NCBI GenBank assembly: GCA_964607285.1
Contig: CAZSJW010000005.1
Span: 9,349-73,348, forward strand
Reading direction: 5' to 3'
Source: an uncultured Pseudomonadales bacterium
Lineage (GTDB): Bacteria; Patescibacteriota; Microgenomatia; UBA1400; PJMF01
Length of the DNA: 64,000 nucleotides
The notes beneath the pieces are model-generated. The model was not told the DNA's origin, did no database searches, and saw only the letters and a list, made by a program, of their open reading frames with translations. Both the position numbers and the translations under genes were made by a program. Numbering within the stretch: the stretch's first letter is position 1; each line of letters starts with the position of its first letter. This document shows positions 9,689 through 18,691 of this stretch, in pieces.

Positions 9689-9934
9689 TTAATACCGAAA
9701 TACTTCTTTAAGAACATCTTCAAGTTCATCTGTTTTACGCTCCTGGGTACACCGAGAAGCTTCACTAGTCAGTAAGTCTCGGGCTACTCTGCCCAGGCTA
9801 CTGCGAGCGGCTATCACCTGGCGGACAATATCCACGCAATTGCGCTCGTCCTCATACATCTTAACGAGTCCATCAAGCTGACCGCGTATTCGCTTCAGCT
9901 GGGTAATTACTTTGTCTGATGGTTGTGCCGACAT
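9689..9934 (-). CDS. CsoR/RcnR/FrmR-family metal- or stress-sensing transcriptional repressor
   Basis: An 81-aa protein reading LKRIRGQLDGLVKMYEDERNCVDIVRQVIAARSSLGRVARDLL...CTQ. This is the DUF156 helical-bundle pattern with Cys residues at the conserved sensing positions. Confidence 0.7.
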   Translation of the reverse strand: MSAQPSDKVITQLKRIRGQLDGLVKMYEDERNCVDIVRQVIAARSSLGRVARDLLTSEASRCTQERKTDELEDVLKEVFRY

Positions 9935-10011
9935 GGAATCAATATACCCCTAGGGGGTATGTGGTGTCAAGCGGGAAAAGGTGTTTTGGTAATCACTAAC
10001 TGTACTTGATC

Positions 10012-11910
10012 TCAACGCCAGCGACCCAGATCTATACCTTGTTGTCCGTACAGTGCTACCTCAGGATATTGGCGTTCCAACGACTGATTTTGTAGTGCAG
10101 AAAGCAGTCTATTTCGTAGAGACGCTATAATTGCTCCAACCTCTTTGTTTGCTTGATTGAGAGTATCAGTGACTGCAGTATAGGTTGACTGCAATCTCTG
10201 CAATTTTCCTTCAGCTAACAAACGCCTTTCAGACATTGGTTCCAAATGCAAGTATTTTTCAGCGAACGCATACCCTTGCAATTCTGTCAGCAAACTATCA
10301 CTCTCCAGTGGGATCCTATTGAGGGGTGGCAAGTACTTTTGTCTCCAAAAGAAACCGAGTCCTTTTTGCCTGCCTGGATCAGTAGGTGCCTCTGATTTTG
10401 TGTACAAAGGAACTGAAGAAATGCGATCTGCCTCTGCTGATGGATCTGTGCTCACAGGAGCAAGTTCAGTTGCTTGCGGATTAACGGCAATAAGCCAATC
10501 ACTGACTGCCTGACTAATCTTGTCAGTGTCATACGAAAGTCTGAGACCTGCAGCAAACGCCAAGACACAAGCAACTTGTGCAGACCCTTCTGGAATCTGC
10601 TTGGATGTAAACAGTTCTTCAAGTTTGACCGCTCCCACAAAGGACAAATCTAGGACGACAAACAGTTTATTCCTCCAAGGAAAACCAGATTCGCTACTCC
10701 AAAGTTGGGCATGCTTAAACTCCAACTCTTCTATGGTGTCCCCAGGTTTTCTACCCGTTTTGAAACAGTCAATGATACTGTCATACAAATGAGCACCCTC
10801 AGTCTGAAAAGACTCTAGCGTTTCAGTTGGCAGCTCAGCACCCTTCTGTTCTGAATACAGCTTAGAAAACTCCAGTTGTGTGTGTGCTGCAACCACTGTA
10901 GCCTTAGCACGCTCTACGACAGCTTCACTGCGATGTTTGATATCGAACTTATCTTTTATTGATAGTCGATCTATAGTAAGGGAAAGTGGTGCAACATTGA
11001 CTCCTGAATCCTTCAATAACTCCCAAGCGTATGCTGATACTCCATCCTGTTTTTGTGATTTTAGTTCAAACAAACTAGACCATACTGGTCGGTCACCATC
11101 AATTACTCTCTTATACATCTCTTGAGCGCCTTGTATCTTCTGCATCAAAAGATACTCTTCCATGCTTGGATTCTCTATGGTGATCCCAATTTCTCTCTGG
11201 AGTGCACTACTGCTTTTTCGGTCCATCTGGCGCAAGCTATCTGTAAGCGTTGATGGTGTCTCTGGTACATTGGCCTGTGGTGCATTGCGGTCAGTCCTGA
11301 CTGTATTGCGAGACCAATTCTGTTGAAGTGCCTCTTGATGTCTAGGGTTTGCCAGTCTCTCATAGTACTCCCGAACCGAAGCTTCCTTTTTTTCCTGAAC
11401 TTCCCGCCATAACTTTTCATTACTCTTAAAACTATCCAACTTCACTCCATCATCAAGCAAAGTGTCGGATAGATTGTACAGTTTCCTCTCATTTTCCCGA
11501 ACATTAATCGGCTCTACTCGGGGAATAGAAAAAAGATTAAACCTTTTGCCAAAGTTGGCAAACATGTTTTGAACTCTGGCTAATAACTTTGAGCGATGCT
11601 GTAGCTTACTTGCTTCCCACTCCTGATTCTCGCGTTCTTCCCGTAGCTGCAAGCCTGTCTCAAACTTTTTATGTGATAGAAGTCTACGCTTAAAGTCAAT
11701 TGCAGGACCTGCCTCAGCTAGCTCTCTCAATTTTTGCTCAGCCCACTGTTGCTCTGGTGAAAAACTCCCAGAAGCTGATGTGCGAATTGGTCTAGAGGCT
11801 TGGTGCTTTTCTTGTGGATCAGAAATCATTGCCAGGGGCTGTTCACCATCAGAACTGTACCGTTTTTTGTCTCTATCAAATACTGATGTATCGAACTCTT
11901 TGTCTATCAT
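10012..11910 (-). CDS. large hypothetical protein (632 aa), no recognisable domain
   Basis: Long uninterrupted ORF, hydrophilic and helical, with no catalytic motif recognised by eye. Confidence 0.6.
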   Translation of the reverse strand: MIDKEFDTSVFDRDKKRYSSDGEQPLAMISDPQEKHQASRPIRTSASGSFSPEQQWAEQKLRELAEAGPAIDFKRRLLSHKKFETGLQLREERENQEWEASKLQHRSKLLARVQNMFANFGKRFNLFSIPRVEPINVRENERKLYNLSDTLLDDGVKLDSFKSNEKLWREVQEKKEASVREYYERLANPRHQEALQQNWSRNTVRTDRNAPQANVPETPSTLTDSLRQMDRKSSSALQREIGITIENPSMEEYLLMQKIQGAQEMYKRVIDGDRPVWSSLFELKSQKQDGVSAYAWELLKDSGVNVAPLSLTIDRLSIKDKFDIKHRSEAVVERAKATVVAAHTQLEFSKLYSEQKGAELPTETLESFQTEGAHLYDSIIDCFKTGRKPGDTIEELEFKHAQLWSSESGFPWRNKLFVVLDLSFVGAVKLEELFTSKQIPEGSAQVACVLAFAAGLRLSYDTDKISQAVSDWLIAVNPQATELAPVSTDPSAEADRISSVPLYTKSEAPTDPGRQKGLGFFWRQKYLPPLNRIPLESDSLLTELQGYAFAEKYLHLEPMSERRLLAEGKLQRLQSTYTAVTDTLNQANKEVGAIIASLRNRLLSALQNQSLERQYPEVALYGQQGIDLGRWR

Positions 11911-11931
11911 ATCCTCAGTACCTTTATGGAG

Positions 11932-12750
11932 TTAGTTCCTACCTTGCTTGTCATCCACTAAGCAGATGACACATACGTATTTGCCTCCAACTTTTTCGAA
12001 CCATATCGTACATGTCTGAGCATCATATGGATACGGTAGCGTAATCAGCAATGAGTTTTCATTCGCCTTGACGCGCGATAGGGTATTGATAGCCGACTCC
12101 CCTGACACAAAGTCAACTTTGCAGTCTAACCCCAAACCAGCCGTCCCTTGAGCCAAAATGTTGATTAAAGTATCTATCCCAACTTCCTCAAGTGCAATTT
12201 CATTCACTAAAAATAATTCCATACCAAACAGAAACTCACTGAGCACTTTATGAGCCATTCCAGTAATTGGCTCAATGTTCACGCCAAACTCACGAGCTCG
12301 AATACGGCTGGCTTCTACACCCTTTTGCACTAAACTAGCTATGCGTTTTTCCAATGTTTGTCTGCTTCCCAATTTTTCGAGATCTTTAATCAACACCATC
12401 GGGTCTAACAAAGTATCACCTTCACCATCCTTTATTAAGCTCAAGTACTGTTCTGGTTCAATCTTCAGATGTGCTGTGTGGCCAATTCTCTGTTCAACAG
12501 CTCCAAGGAAGACACCCTGATCAATGGCAGATAAACGCATTGAGCCTGCACTAATCTCTACTGTTTCGTCTGCAAGCATTGTATAGAATTCAAATTGACG
12601 TCCGTCATACCGAGCAAGGCTTTTCTGAAGCTCTGGCTTACTCTGGAATGCAGGGATGAGTGTGGCAGGAAAAACACTGTAGCGTTCATCTCGAATCAAA
12701 TAATTTACAACAAACTGCCACTCGGGATTTTGTTGTGAAAATACCTTCAT
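11932..12750 (-). CDS. hypothetical protein (272 aa)
   Basis: An ORF 21 nt downstream of the 632-aa gene on the same strand, with no recognisable motif. Confidence 0.55.
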   Translation of the reverse strand: MKVFSQQNPEWQFVVNYLIRDERYSVFPATLIPAFQSKPELQKSLARYDGRQFEFYTMLADETVEISAGSMRLSAIDQGVFLGAVEQRIGHTAHLKIEPEQYLSLIKDGEGDTLLDPMVLIKDLEKLGSRQTLEKRIASLVQKGVEASRIRAREFGVNIEPITGMAHKVLSEFLFGMELFLVNEIALEEVGIDTLINILAQGTAGLGLDCKVDFVSGESAINTLSRVKANENSLLITLPYPYDAQTCTIWFEKVGGKYVCVICLVDDKQGRN

Positions 12751-12988
12751 CTGCCCAAGCTACCAGGTAGTCAGCTCTTGTTTTCGAGGATGCTCCAACA
12801 ATTGCTCAAAATCTACTTCGGGTCGTACTTCAAATGAAGGTCTCTCAGATTGCTGCATACTACAATACTCCTTTAATGGGTATTATCCATTGTAGCAGCA
12901 CTACTAACCCAACTACAATCACTTATTTCAGCGATAGACACAAGGATATAAGCATTGCTATCATGTTGCTAGAAAATCAAAAAATTAT

Positions 12989-15619
12989 ATGCAAGAAGAA
13001 AAAGAAAAAATGGTCGGAACCTCAGGTGAATCACCAGAAGTGGAACAAGCCAAGCAAATCGGTGATCAACTTGCCGCCAGGTTTAAACGACTGGAGGACC
13101 CATATAGTCCCGATCCTGCAGCGAACCCCACACCAGAAACCATACAGCACCCAATTGAAGACTACCTTGGTGAAATTCACCTGTCGGGTGGCAGATGCCT
13201 ACAAGTTGCAATCGATGAAAAAGGCGATTTAGTAGTTTCTGACTCCTTCCAAAACCTGCAAATCCCTGATGACATTCTGCACCTACGCAGAGGCAACATG
13301 ACAGGATCGAACGAAGTCGATTTATCAAATTCAGGTTATACAAACATCATCCCAGTAGTCATGCCCATGGACAAAGCAAGTGTGGATTGGCAACATCTCA
13401 CAGAAAGCACCCGAGTCATCATCAACTTTGATGTCCAAATGCCACTGATGATACAGGATGGTACCAAGCGCAAACCATTTAGTGGGAGACCACTTCCCCT
13501 GCAATACACACCCGAACAGTTCCTACAAATTTTTGCTGAAAACAAGTCACCATTCTTTGAGCTGGCCCGACACAACAGACGTGACGCATCTGTTTTTATG
13601 TTGCTCCCTGTTCCCCCAGAATTCTCACTTGGTGATGACGCGACAGCTCTAGCCATATGCTTTGAAGATATCATCAATCCAGATATAAGATTGACTGGGA
13701 TGCAAGGGAGTGAATCACTAATTACCTTAGCTAAATTTATCTCATCAGTGATTGACGGATTAAACGAGCACTACAACGGAAAGTACACCGAGCTCCTGCA
13801 AATGGTTGATGAGCAAATGATTGAGAATAAGCCAGGTCTGCTTGCCCGCATACTAGAAAAAATAGTCGATCATACCGATGGCAAAGTAAAAAAACTGCTG
13901 CGACTCATGCGCAATGAAGTGTCAGCTCCAAAGCATCCATTTAAAACGTTACTGCGCCAAATTCAAGCTATGGCTCAATTTGACAAAATTTTGGAGTTAC
14001 CTGCGCCGATTGGCCAAAGAATTTCCTACAAAACTCGAGCTAGGCTTTTAGGTAGAGATCCTAGCCAAACCCTAACACCAAAACAAGTGTCTATATGGCT
14101 AAATGAGCATAAACCCCAACCGCTGCAACTGCATAATGAGCCGCTGCCAGCTCTCGCTGCTGGTGCAGAACAACCGCAGCAGATTGAAGCTCATGCTATA
14201 CAACAGCACGGTTTTTACTTTGAAAGCAACCCCGTACTGTTTCCAAAACTAGCAGTGATCGATAGCAAACATCTTAGGATGGAAAAAACTCCAAACGTTC
14301 CTTGGGGACACGAGGCACACAAACCAAAGGATTTGATTTCCTGGGCTACACAACTGACAGAAGCTGTCAAAGCTTCAGGTTCGCCAATTCCTGTGGGAAT
14401 AGAAGTTTTACGAAAATTTTCTGTATACCTAAAGAGTGGTCATCATAAAGACGCGGAGTTTGAGCTGACTATTGATAACATCAGTAAGTTGCAGAGTATC
14501 AGACAAGCATTTCAGTTTGAAGCAACAAAAATTTTAAATCACATACTTGATTTTAGTCAGGACGATTTAGATTTACATAACGTCTATACTTCAAGCTTTA
14601 TTACAGTTGCTGGTCAATTTTTAGTAGCAGACATGTTCAAAAGTAAGGTAAATGCTGAATACTCGAGACTATCCGATTGGTTGTATCGTGGATTTCGTAT
14701 AATAAATGGTTTACACACACCATACCAGAAAGCTGACAAGGAGATTTTAGAATCTCTTCTAGAAGCAACTGATGAGTTACTAGAAAAGTATGATAATCAG
14801 ATCCAAATGAATCACCCTAACTTTGCATTAATTCGCCAGATGATTATTGCCCTGAAATCTACAGTGAAAATACGAATACTCACTTATAGTTCAAAGGTGT
14901 TTCCCAATTACGTTACTGACATTGCTCTTGATAAAAAACTCTTTACACTAAATAACTTCACCGCGAGAAAAAACTCTTGGATAATCGAGTACCAGCAGTT
15001 CTCCCCAACTACAAAGGAGTACGAGGCATGGCTGAAAGAACTTCCAGCTCTTGTTGAAAAATCTCAATCGCTACAGCTCCGCAGAAGCATGCTGGAGAAA
15101 CTTGAAAACTTTAGGGTTAATAAAATGAGCTACACTTCTTCTGTTCCCCTCAGTTATCTGATGAGTAATAACCGAACACTAGAACAAATGATACTTGATA
15201 CTCAGATCGAAATTCGCAGCATGGACATTCCAGAGCACACTATGGCAGACACGGAGGAAATTAAGGAAGCTGAGTATCTCCTTGAGATGCTCTATGGGTA
15301 TAACCACAATAATAATGAGGTTGTGAATCGGCACTCGATACCAATTGAAATTTACGCCCGTTTCATCAGTGAAAGTTATCATTTGCTAAACGGCATTAAT
15401 TCAAAAACCGATCTTTTTAACTTTATTTCTACAGATCACCGCGCGCAAGAGATGATAAAAAAGTTACTTGAAGCAATAAGTTCCGTAATCAGCTATTTCG
15501 GAACCATGCAAAGACATTCGCTGTTAGCTCCAACTTCAAAAAGAGAAATCATATTACTAGAAACAGTAACTAAAAACATCAAAAAAAGCCTTGAATCAGC
15601 AGCCAAAGTTGCAGAATGA
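12989..15619 (+). CDS. large hypothetical protein (876 aa), no recognisable domain
   Basis: Long ORF transcribed divergently from the 272/632-aa pair across a 238-nt AT-rich spacer. Confidence 0.6.
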   Translation: MQEEKEKMVGTSGESPEVEQAKQIGDQLAARFKRLEDPYSPDPAANPTPETIQHPIEDYLGEIHLSGGRCLQVAIDEKGDLVVSDSFQNLQIPDDILHLRRGNMTGSNEVDLSNSGYTNIIPVVMPMDKASVDWQHLTESTRVIINFDVQMPLMIQDGTKRKPFSGRPLPLQYTPEQFLQIFAENKSPFFELARHNRRDASVFMLLPVPPEFSLGDDATALAICFEDIINPDIRLTGMQGSESLITLAKFISSVIDGLNEHYNGKYTELLQMVDEQMIENKPGLLARILEKIVDHTDGKVKKLLRLMRNEVSAPKHPFKTLLRQIQAMAQFDKILELPAPIGQRISYKTRARLLGRDPSQTLTPKQVSIWLNEHKPQPLQLHNEPLPALAAGAEQPQQIEAHAIQQHGFYFESNPVLFPKLAVIDSKHLRMEKTPNVPWGHEAHKPKDLISWATQLTEAVKASGSPIPVGIEVLRKFSVYLKSGHHKDAEFELTIDNISKLQSIRQAFQFEATKILNHILDFSQDDLDLHNVYTSSFITVAGQFLVADMFKSKVNAEYSRLSDWLYRGFRIINGLHTPYQKADKEILESLLEATDELLEKYDNQIQMNHPNFALIRQMIIALKSTVKIRILTYSSKVFPNYVTDIALDKKLFTLNNFTARKNSWIIEYQQFSPTTKEYEAWLKELPALVEKSQSLQLRRSMLEKLENFRVNKMSYTSSVPLSYLMSNNRTLEQMILDTQIEIRSMDIPEHTMADTEEIKEAEYLLEMLYGYNHNNNEVVNRHSIPIEIYARFISESYHLLNGINSKTDLFNFISTDHRAQEMIKKLLEAISSVISYFGTMQRHSLLAPTSKREIILLETVTKNIKKSLESAAKVAE

Positions 15620-15629
15620 TTTTTTACAT

Positions 15630-16232
15630 ATGAATTCTGAAGAACCAACAAAAATCAAACGAAATATATTTCGAACACTCGAGGCTAAATCACTTAGGCA
15701 AAGACCCTTTACAACTCGAATGGCTGATGAACTCACACAGTTGACTAGTACACCTACCTTCCTCTTTCTAAACGCTATCTTTTTTATACTCTGGATTCTA
15801 GTAAACACCGGAGTCATTCCCTTGTTCACACCGTTTGATCCCTATCCTTTTGGTTTTCTCACTATGGCTGTTTCTTTAGAAGCGATCTTTCTTTCCATCT
15901 TTGTGCTGGTCTCACAGAATAGAGCAGCGCAAATAGCTACGCTCCGTGATGAGCTGAACTTACGGGTAAACCTCATAGCTGAACAGGAAATTACCAAGTT
16001 ACTGCAGTTAGAGGTAGAATTACTTAAAAAATTGAATTCAGCTGATATCGTGGATAAAAAGGATACTGAACTGCAATTAATGCTCCAAGACCTCAGTGCC
16101 AGCTCACTGGAGCAATCCATTATCGATCAGTTGGAGCGAGCTGATCAGCCTTTGTTTCACGCCATCACCAAAAAAGAGTTTCCCGAAATTATCCAGGCAC
16201 TCACAGGTATCAGAAAAAAGAAACAAGCCTAA
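15630..16232 (+). CDS. DUF1003-family membrane protein
   Basis: Two TM helices and the motif FTPFDPYPFGFLTMAVSLEAIFLSIFVLVSQNRAAQ followed by a coiled coil, which fits my recollection of the DUF1003 signature (PFDPYPF...SQNRQ). The ORF track starts at 15591 inside the preceding gene. The internal Met at 15630 is more plausible. Confidence 0.5.
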   Translation: MNSEEPTKIKRNIFRTLEAKSLRQRPFTTRMADELTQLTSTPTFLFLNAIFFILWILVNTGVIPLFTPFDPYPFGFLTMAVSLEAIFLSIFVLVSQNRAAQIATLRDELNLRVNLIAEQEITKLLQLEVELLKKLNSADIVDKKDTELQLMLQDLSASSLEQSIIDQLERADQPLFHAITKKEFPEIIQALTGIRKKKQA

Positions 16233-18019
16233 CCCTGCTGCAACTGGACAATCTTTCGTAACAGTTCTTCCTGTCGGGCCTCCTGTTCAGGTGTTTTTTG
16301 AGAATTTGTATCCAGTTCAGTCAGCTCCCGAGTGAGTTCTTGTACTTCAATTTTACGAATCTCTTGTTGCAACTCTGCAAAACTGGATGCTAATTCAGGC
16401 TCAGGATGAAATCCTTTGGGTGCTTCTTTCAGAACAATGTGTTGTGGATCAGTGGTAATTTCAAACAACAGTAGCTGCTGATCATCAGCCAGTGATCGAT
16501 TAAACGCAGCTAAGTCAAAATCGCTTGAATTCTGTTTCAACTGCTTTACTAAATCTGCAATACCTGGTGTAGAAAACTGTACCGTAGAAAGTTTCGCACT
16601 CCAGGTGGCAAATGAAGTGCCTGACAGGTGCAAAAGAAGGAATACACACAGTTGCTCAAGAACCTGCCTTCTCGTTGCTTTAGAAATTGGCTTGGACTCT
16701 GGCTCTGCAATTTTCTGGTTGGTACTTTGCCCAAACTGTTTACCATGCTTAAACTTCTCCATATCAGCGCGAACACTGTCTTGTTTGACACCCAGCAGCT
16801 CTGCCACCTCACGTATGTAGTGCTCCTGCTCCACAGCGTGTGGAATGCCAGAGAGCAGTGGCGCAAGCTCAGCCATAATTTTTCTCTTGCCATCACCTGT
16901 TTTTTGATCAAACTGTTTACACGTAGCCCTAATCACAAATTCATACGCTGGTATAGCGGAGTTGACACTCTCTCTCCACAACTTAGGATCTGAGCGTGCT
17001 AAATCATCGGGATCTTTACCTTTTGGTAATACCACTACTTTTAGATCTAAAGTTGTCTCACGTAAAGTGATAATTGCTTTCTTTGTCGCTGCCACACCTG
17101 CTGCATCAGTATCTAGTGCCAACAGTACCGTTTGGACAGTCCTTCCCAGCAACTTAGCATGATCTGTAGTGAGAGCTGAACCTTTGATTGCTGCTACGGT
17201 ATCTACATGAGCCTGAGCGGATGAGATCACATCAAACTCACCCTCAACAATCACAATATGCCCAGCCTTCCTGATCTGCTGATACAACTCACTCAAACCG
17301 TACAGCATTTTGCTTTTGTGGTACACCATCGTTTCTGGGGAGTTTATATACTTTGCTTCTTTCTCAGATTTCTCCAAAACTCTACCCGAAAAACCAACTA
17401 TTTGTCCACGATGATTGCGCAGCGGAAACATAATCCGACCTCTGAACCGATCGTAGTACCGTCCAGAATTTCCTTTAAGTATCAGTCCTGCCTTTTCTAA
17501 AACTACCATGGAGTACTTTTTTTTGCCGTTCATGAACGTGAGCAATCCATCCCAAGCAGGCAGAGCATACCCAAGCTGAAAAAGCTTAATAGAATCTTTT
17601 GAAATGCCCCGCCCTTTTAGTACTACACGACCTGGTTCACCAGCTTTGTGTTCAGTTAATAGAAAATGGTAATACTCTTTTGCTAAGCTTAATGCAGCTA
17701 AGATCTCATCTCGCTCTGAGTCATCTGAGGTTTTATGAAACGTCTCCAGCTGCACCCCTTGCTCGTCAGCAAGGTACTTGAGTGCTTCATAGAAGCTCAT
17801 GCCATCATATTTTTCAAGAAAGGTGTACACATCACCAGTTTCTCCACACCCAAAACATTTATACCGTTGCATGGTTTGGTTGACGAAAAATGACGGACTG
17901 CGTTCTGAATGGAACGGACACAAGCCCCGATAGTATGCTCCAGAGCGCGACAAGTTCAGCCGTTCGCCAATAACGGCCACAATATCTGCTGCTTCTTTGA
18001 TCTGACGGATTTGGGACAT
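16229..18019 (-). CDS. dnaG: DNA primase
   Basis: CHC2 zinc finger CPFHSERSPSFFVNQTMQRYKCFGCGETGD, a TOPRIM region (EGEFDVIS...DTDAAG) and a C-terminal helical domain. It overlaps the preceding gene by 4 nt. Confidence 0.9.
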   Translation of the reverse strand: MSQIRQIKEAADIVAVIGERLNLSRSGAYYRGLCPFHSERSPSFFVNQTMQRYKCFGCGETGDVYTFLEKYDGMSFYEALKYLADEQGVQLETFHKTSDDSERDEILAALSLAKEYYHFLLTEHKAGEPGRVVLKGRGISKDSIKLFQLGYALPAWDGLLTFMNGKKKYSMVVLEKAGLILKGNSGRYYDRFRGRIMFPLRNHRGQIVGFSGRVLEKSEKEAKYINSPETMVYHKSKMLYGLSELYQQIRKAGHIVIVEGEFDVISSAQAHVDTVAAIKGSALTTDHAKLLGRTVQTVLLALDTDAAGVAATKKAIITLRETTLDLKVVVLPKGKDPDDLARSDPKLWRESVNSAIPAYEFVIRATCKQFDQKTGDGKRKIMAELAPLLSGIPHAVEQEHYIREVAELLGVKQDSVRADMEKFKHGKQFGQSTNQKIAEPESKPISKATRRQVLEQLCVFLLLHLSGTSFATWSAKLSTVQFSTPGIADLVKQLKQNSSDFDLAAFNRSLADDQQLLLFEITTDPQHIVLKEAPKGFHPEPELASSFAELQQEIRKIEVQELTRELTELDTNSQKTPEQEARQEELLRKIVQLQQG

Positions 18020-18065
18020 CTATGGGTAATTGTACCCTATTGAAACAAATAATTGGAATTACTTC

Positions 18066-18314
18066 CTACCGAAGGTTAAACCAAAACCCAGAGGGAACAT
18101 CTTGGCTTGGGTAGGTCAAACGGTTCGCTATTTTTATAGCATCTGGGCCGAACTGTCTCTTAAGAGTAGCGGCACATTCACTTCCAAGTGTCTGAGAGCG
18201 TGCCCTTGCCCCGAAATCGTCCATCTCCGCAATTTCTTCCAGCAGCCGCTGTAAATAACCCTCTACCACTTCATAAATTGCAGTTTCGTCCAACGATTCT
18301 TTGTTCTCGCTCAT
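18066..18314 (-). CDS. small acidic hypothetical protein (82 aa) immediately upstream of dnaG
   Basis: ORF in the position where rpsU often sits, but the sequence is acidic and unlike S21. It could be spurious, as the mazG-like gene starts 23 nt away on the other strand. Confidence 0.3.
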   Translation of the reverse strand: MSENKESLDETAIYEVVEGYLQRLLEEIAEMDDFGARARSQTLGSECAATLKRQFGPDAIKIANRLTYPSQDVPSGFWFNLR

Positions 18315-18336
18315 ATGCTGTGTATACTACACATAT

Positions 18337-18690
18337 ATGCAGCAACCAAAAAAACAAACAAAACAAGCCTATCACACCACACCTTTCAGTAAGTACTTCA
18401 ATGCCCTCTCTGACATAGATAAAAACAGACGCTACTCCCCTGAGTATGGTTCTATTCTTATTCTCAGTTTGGTGGAAGAGGTTGGCGAGATGGCTCGTGC
18501 GTATTTGGCAGAACATGGGCGAAAGAAACTAAACAAGGCTGCGCAGATGGACGAAACCTACGTGGAAGAATTGGGCGACTTGCTACTTACAATTTTGAGA
18601 TTTGCACGAATCAAAAAGATTAATTTAGACAAACAGTTGACACGATCCCTGGAAAAAGTTAAAAAACGCTTGACTCAGCCGAAAGAGTAG
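18337..18690 (+). CDS. MazG-like nucleotide pyrophosphohydrolase (small all-alpha NTP-PPase)
   Basis: SLVEEVGEMARAY...EELGDLLLTILRFARIKKINLD is the EExGE...EExGD/L pattern of MazG/HisE-type pyrophosphatases. The likely start is Met 13 of the tracked ORF. Confidence 0.55.
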   Translation: MQQPKKQTKQAYHTTPFSKYFNALSDIDKNRRYSPEYGSILILSLVEEVGEMARAYLAEHGRKKLNKAAQMDETYVEELGDLLLTILRFARIKKINLDKQLTRSLEKVKKRLTQPKE

Positions 18691-18691
18691 C

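Noticed and set aside
18066-18314. ORF upstream of dnaG as ribosomal protein S21 (rpsU)
   Set aside because: The product is acidic and shows none of the basic K/R-rich S21 signature. Only the position is suggestive.
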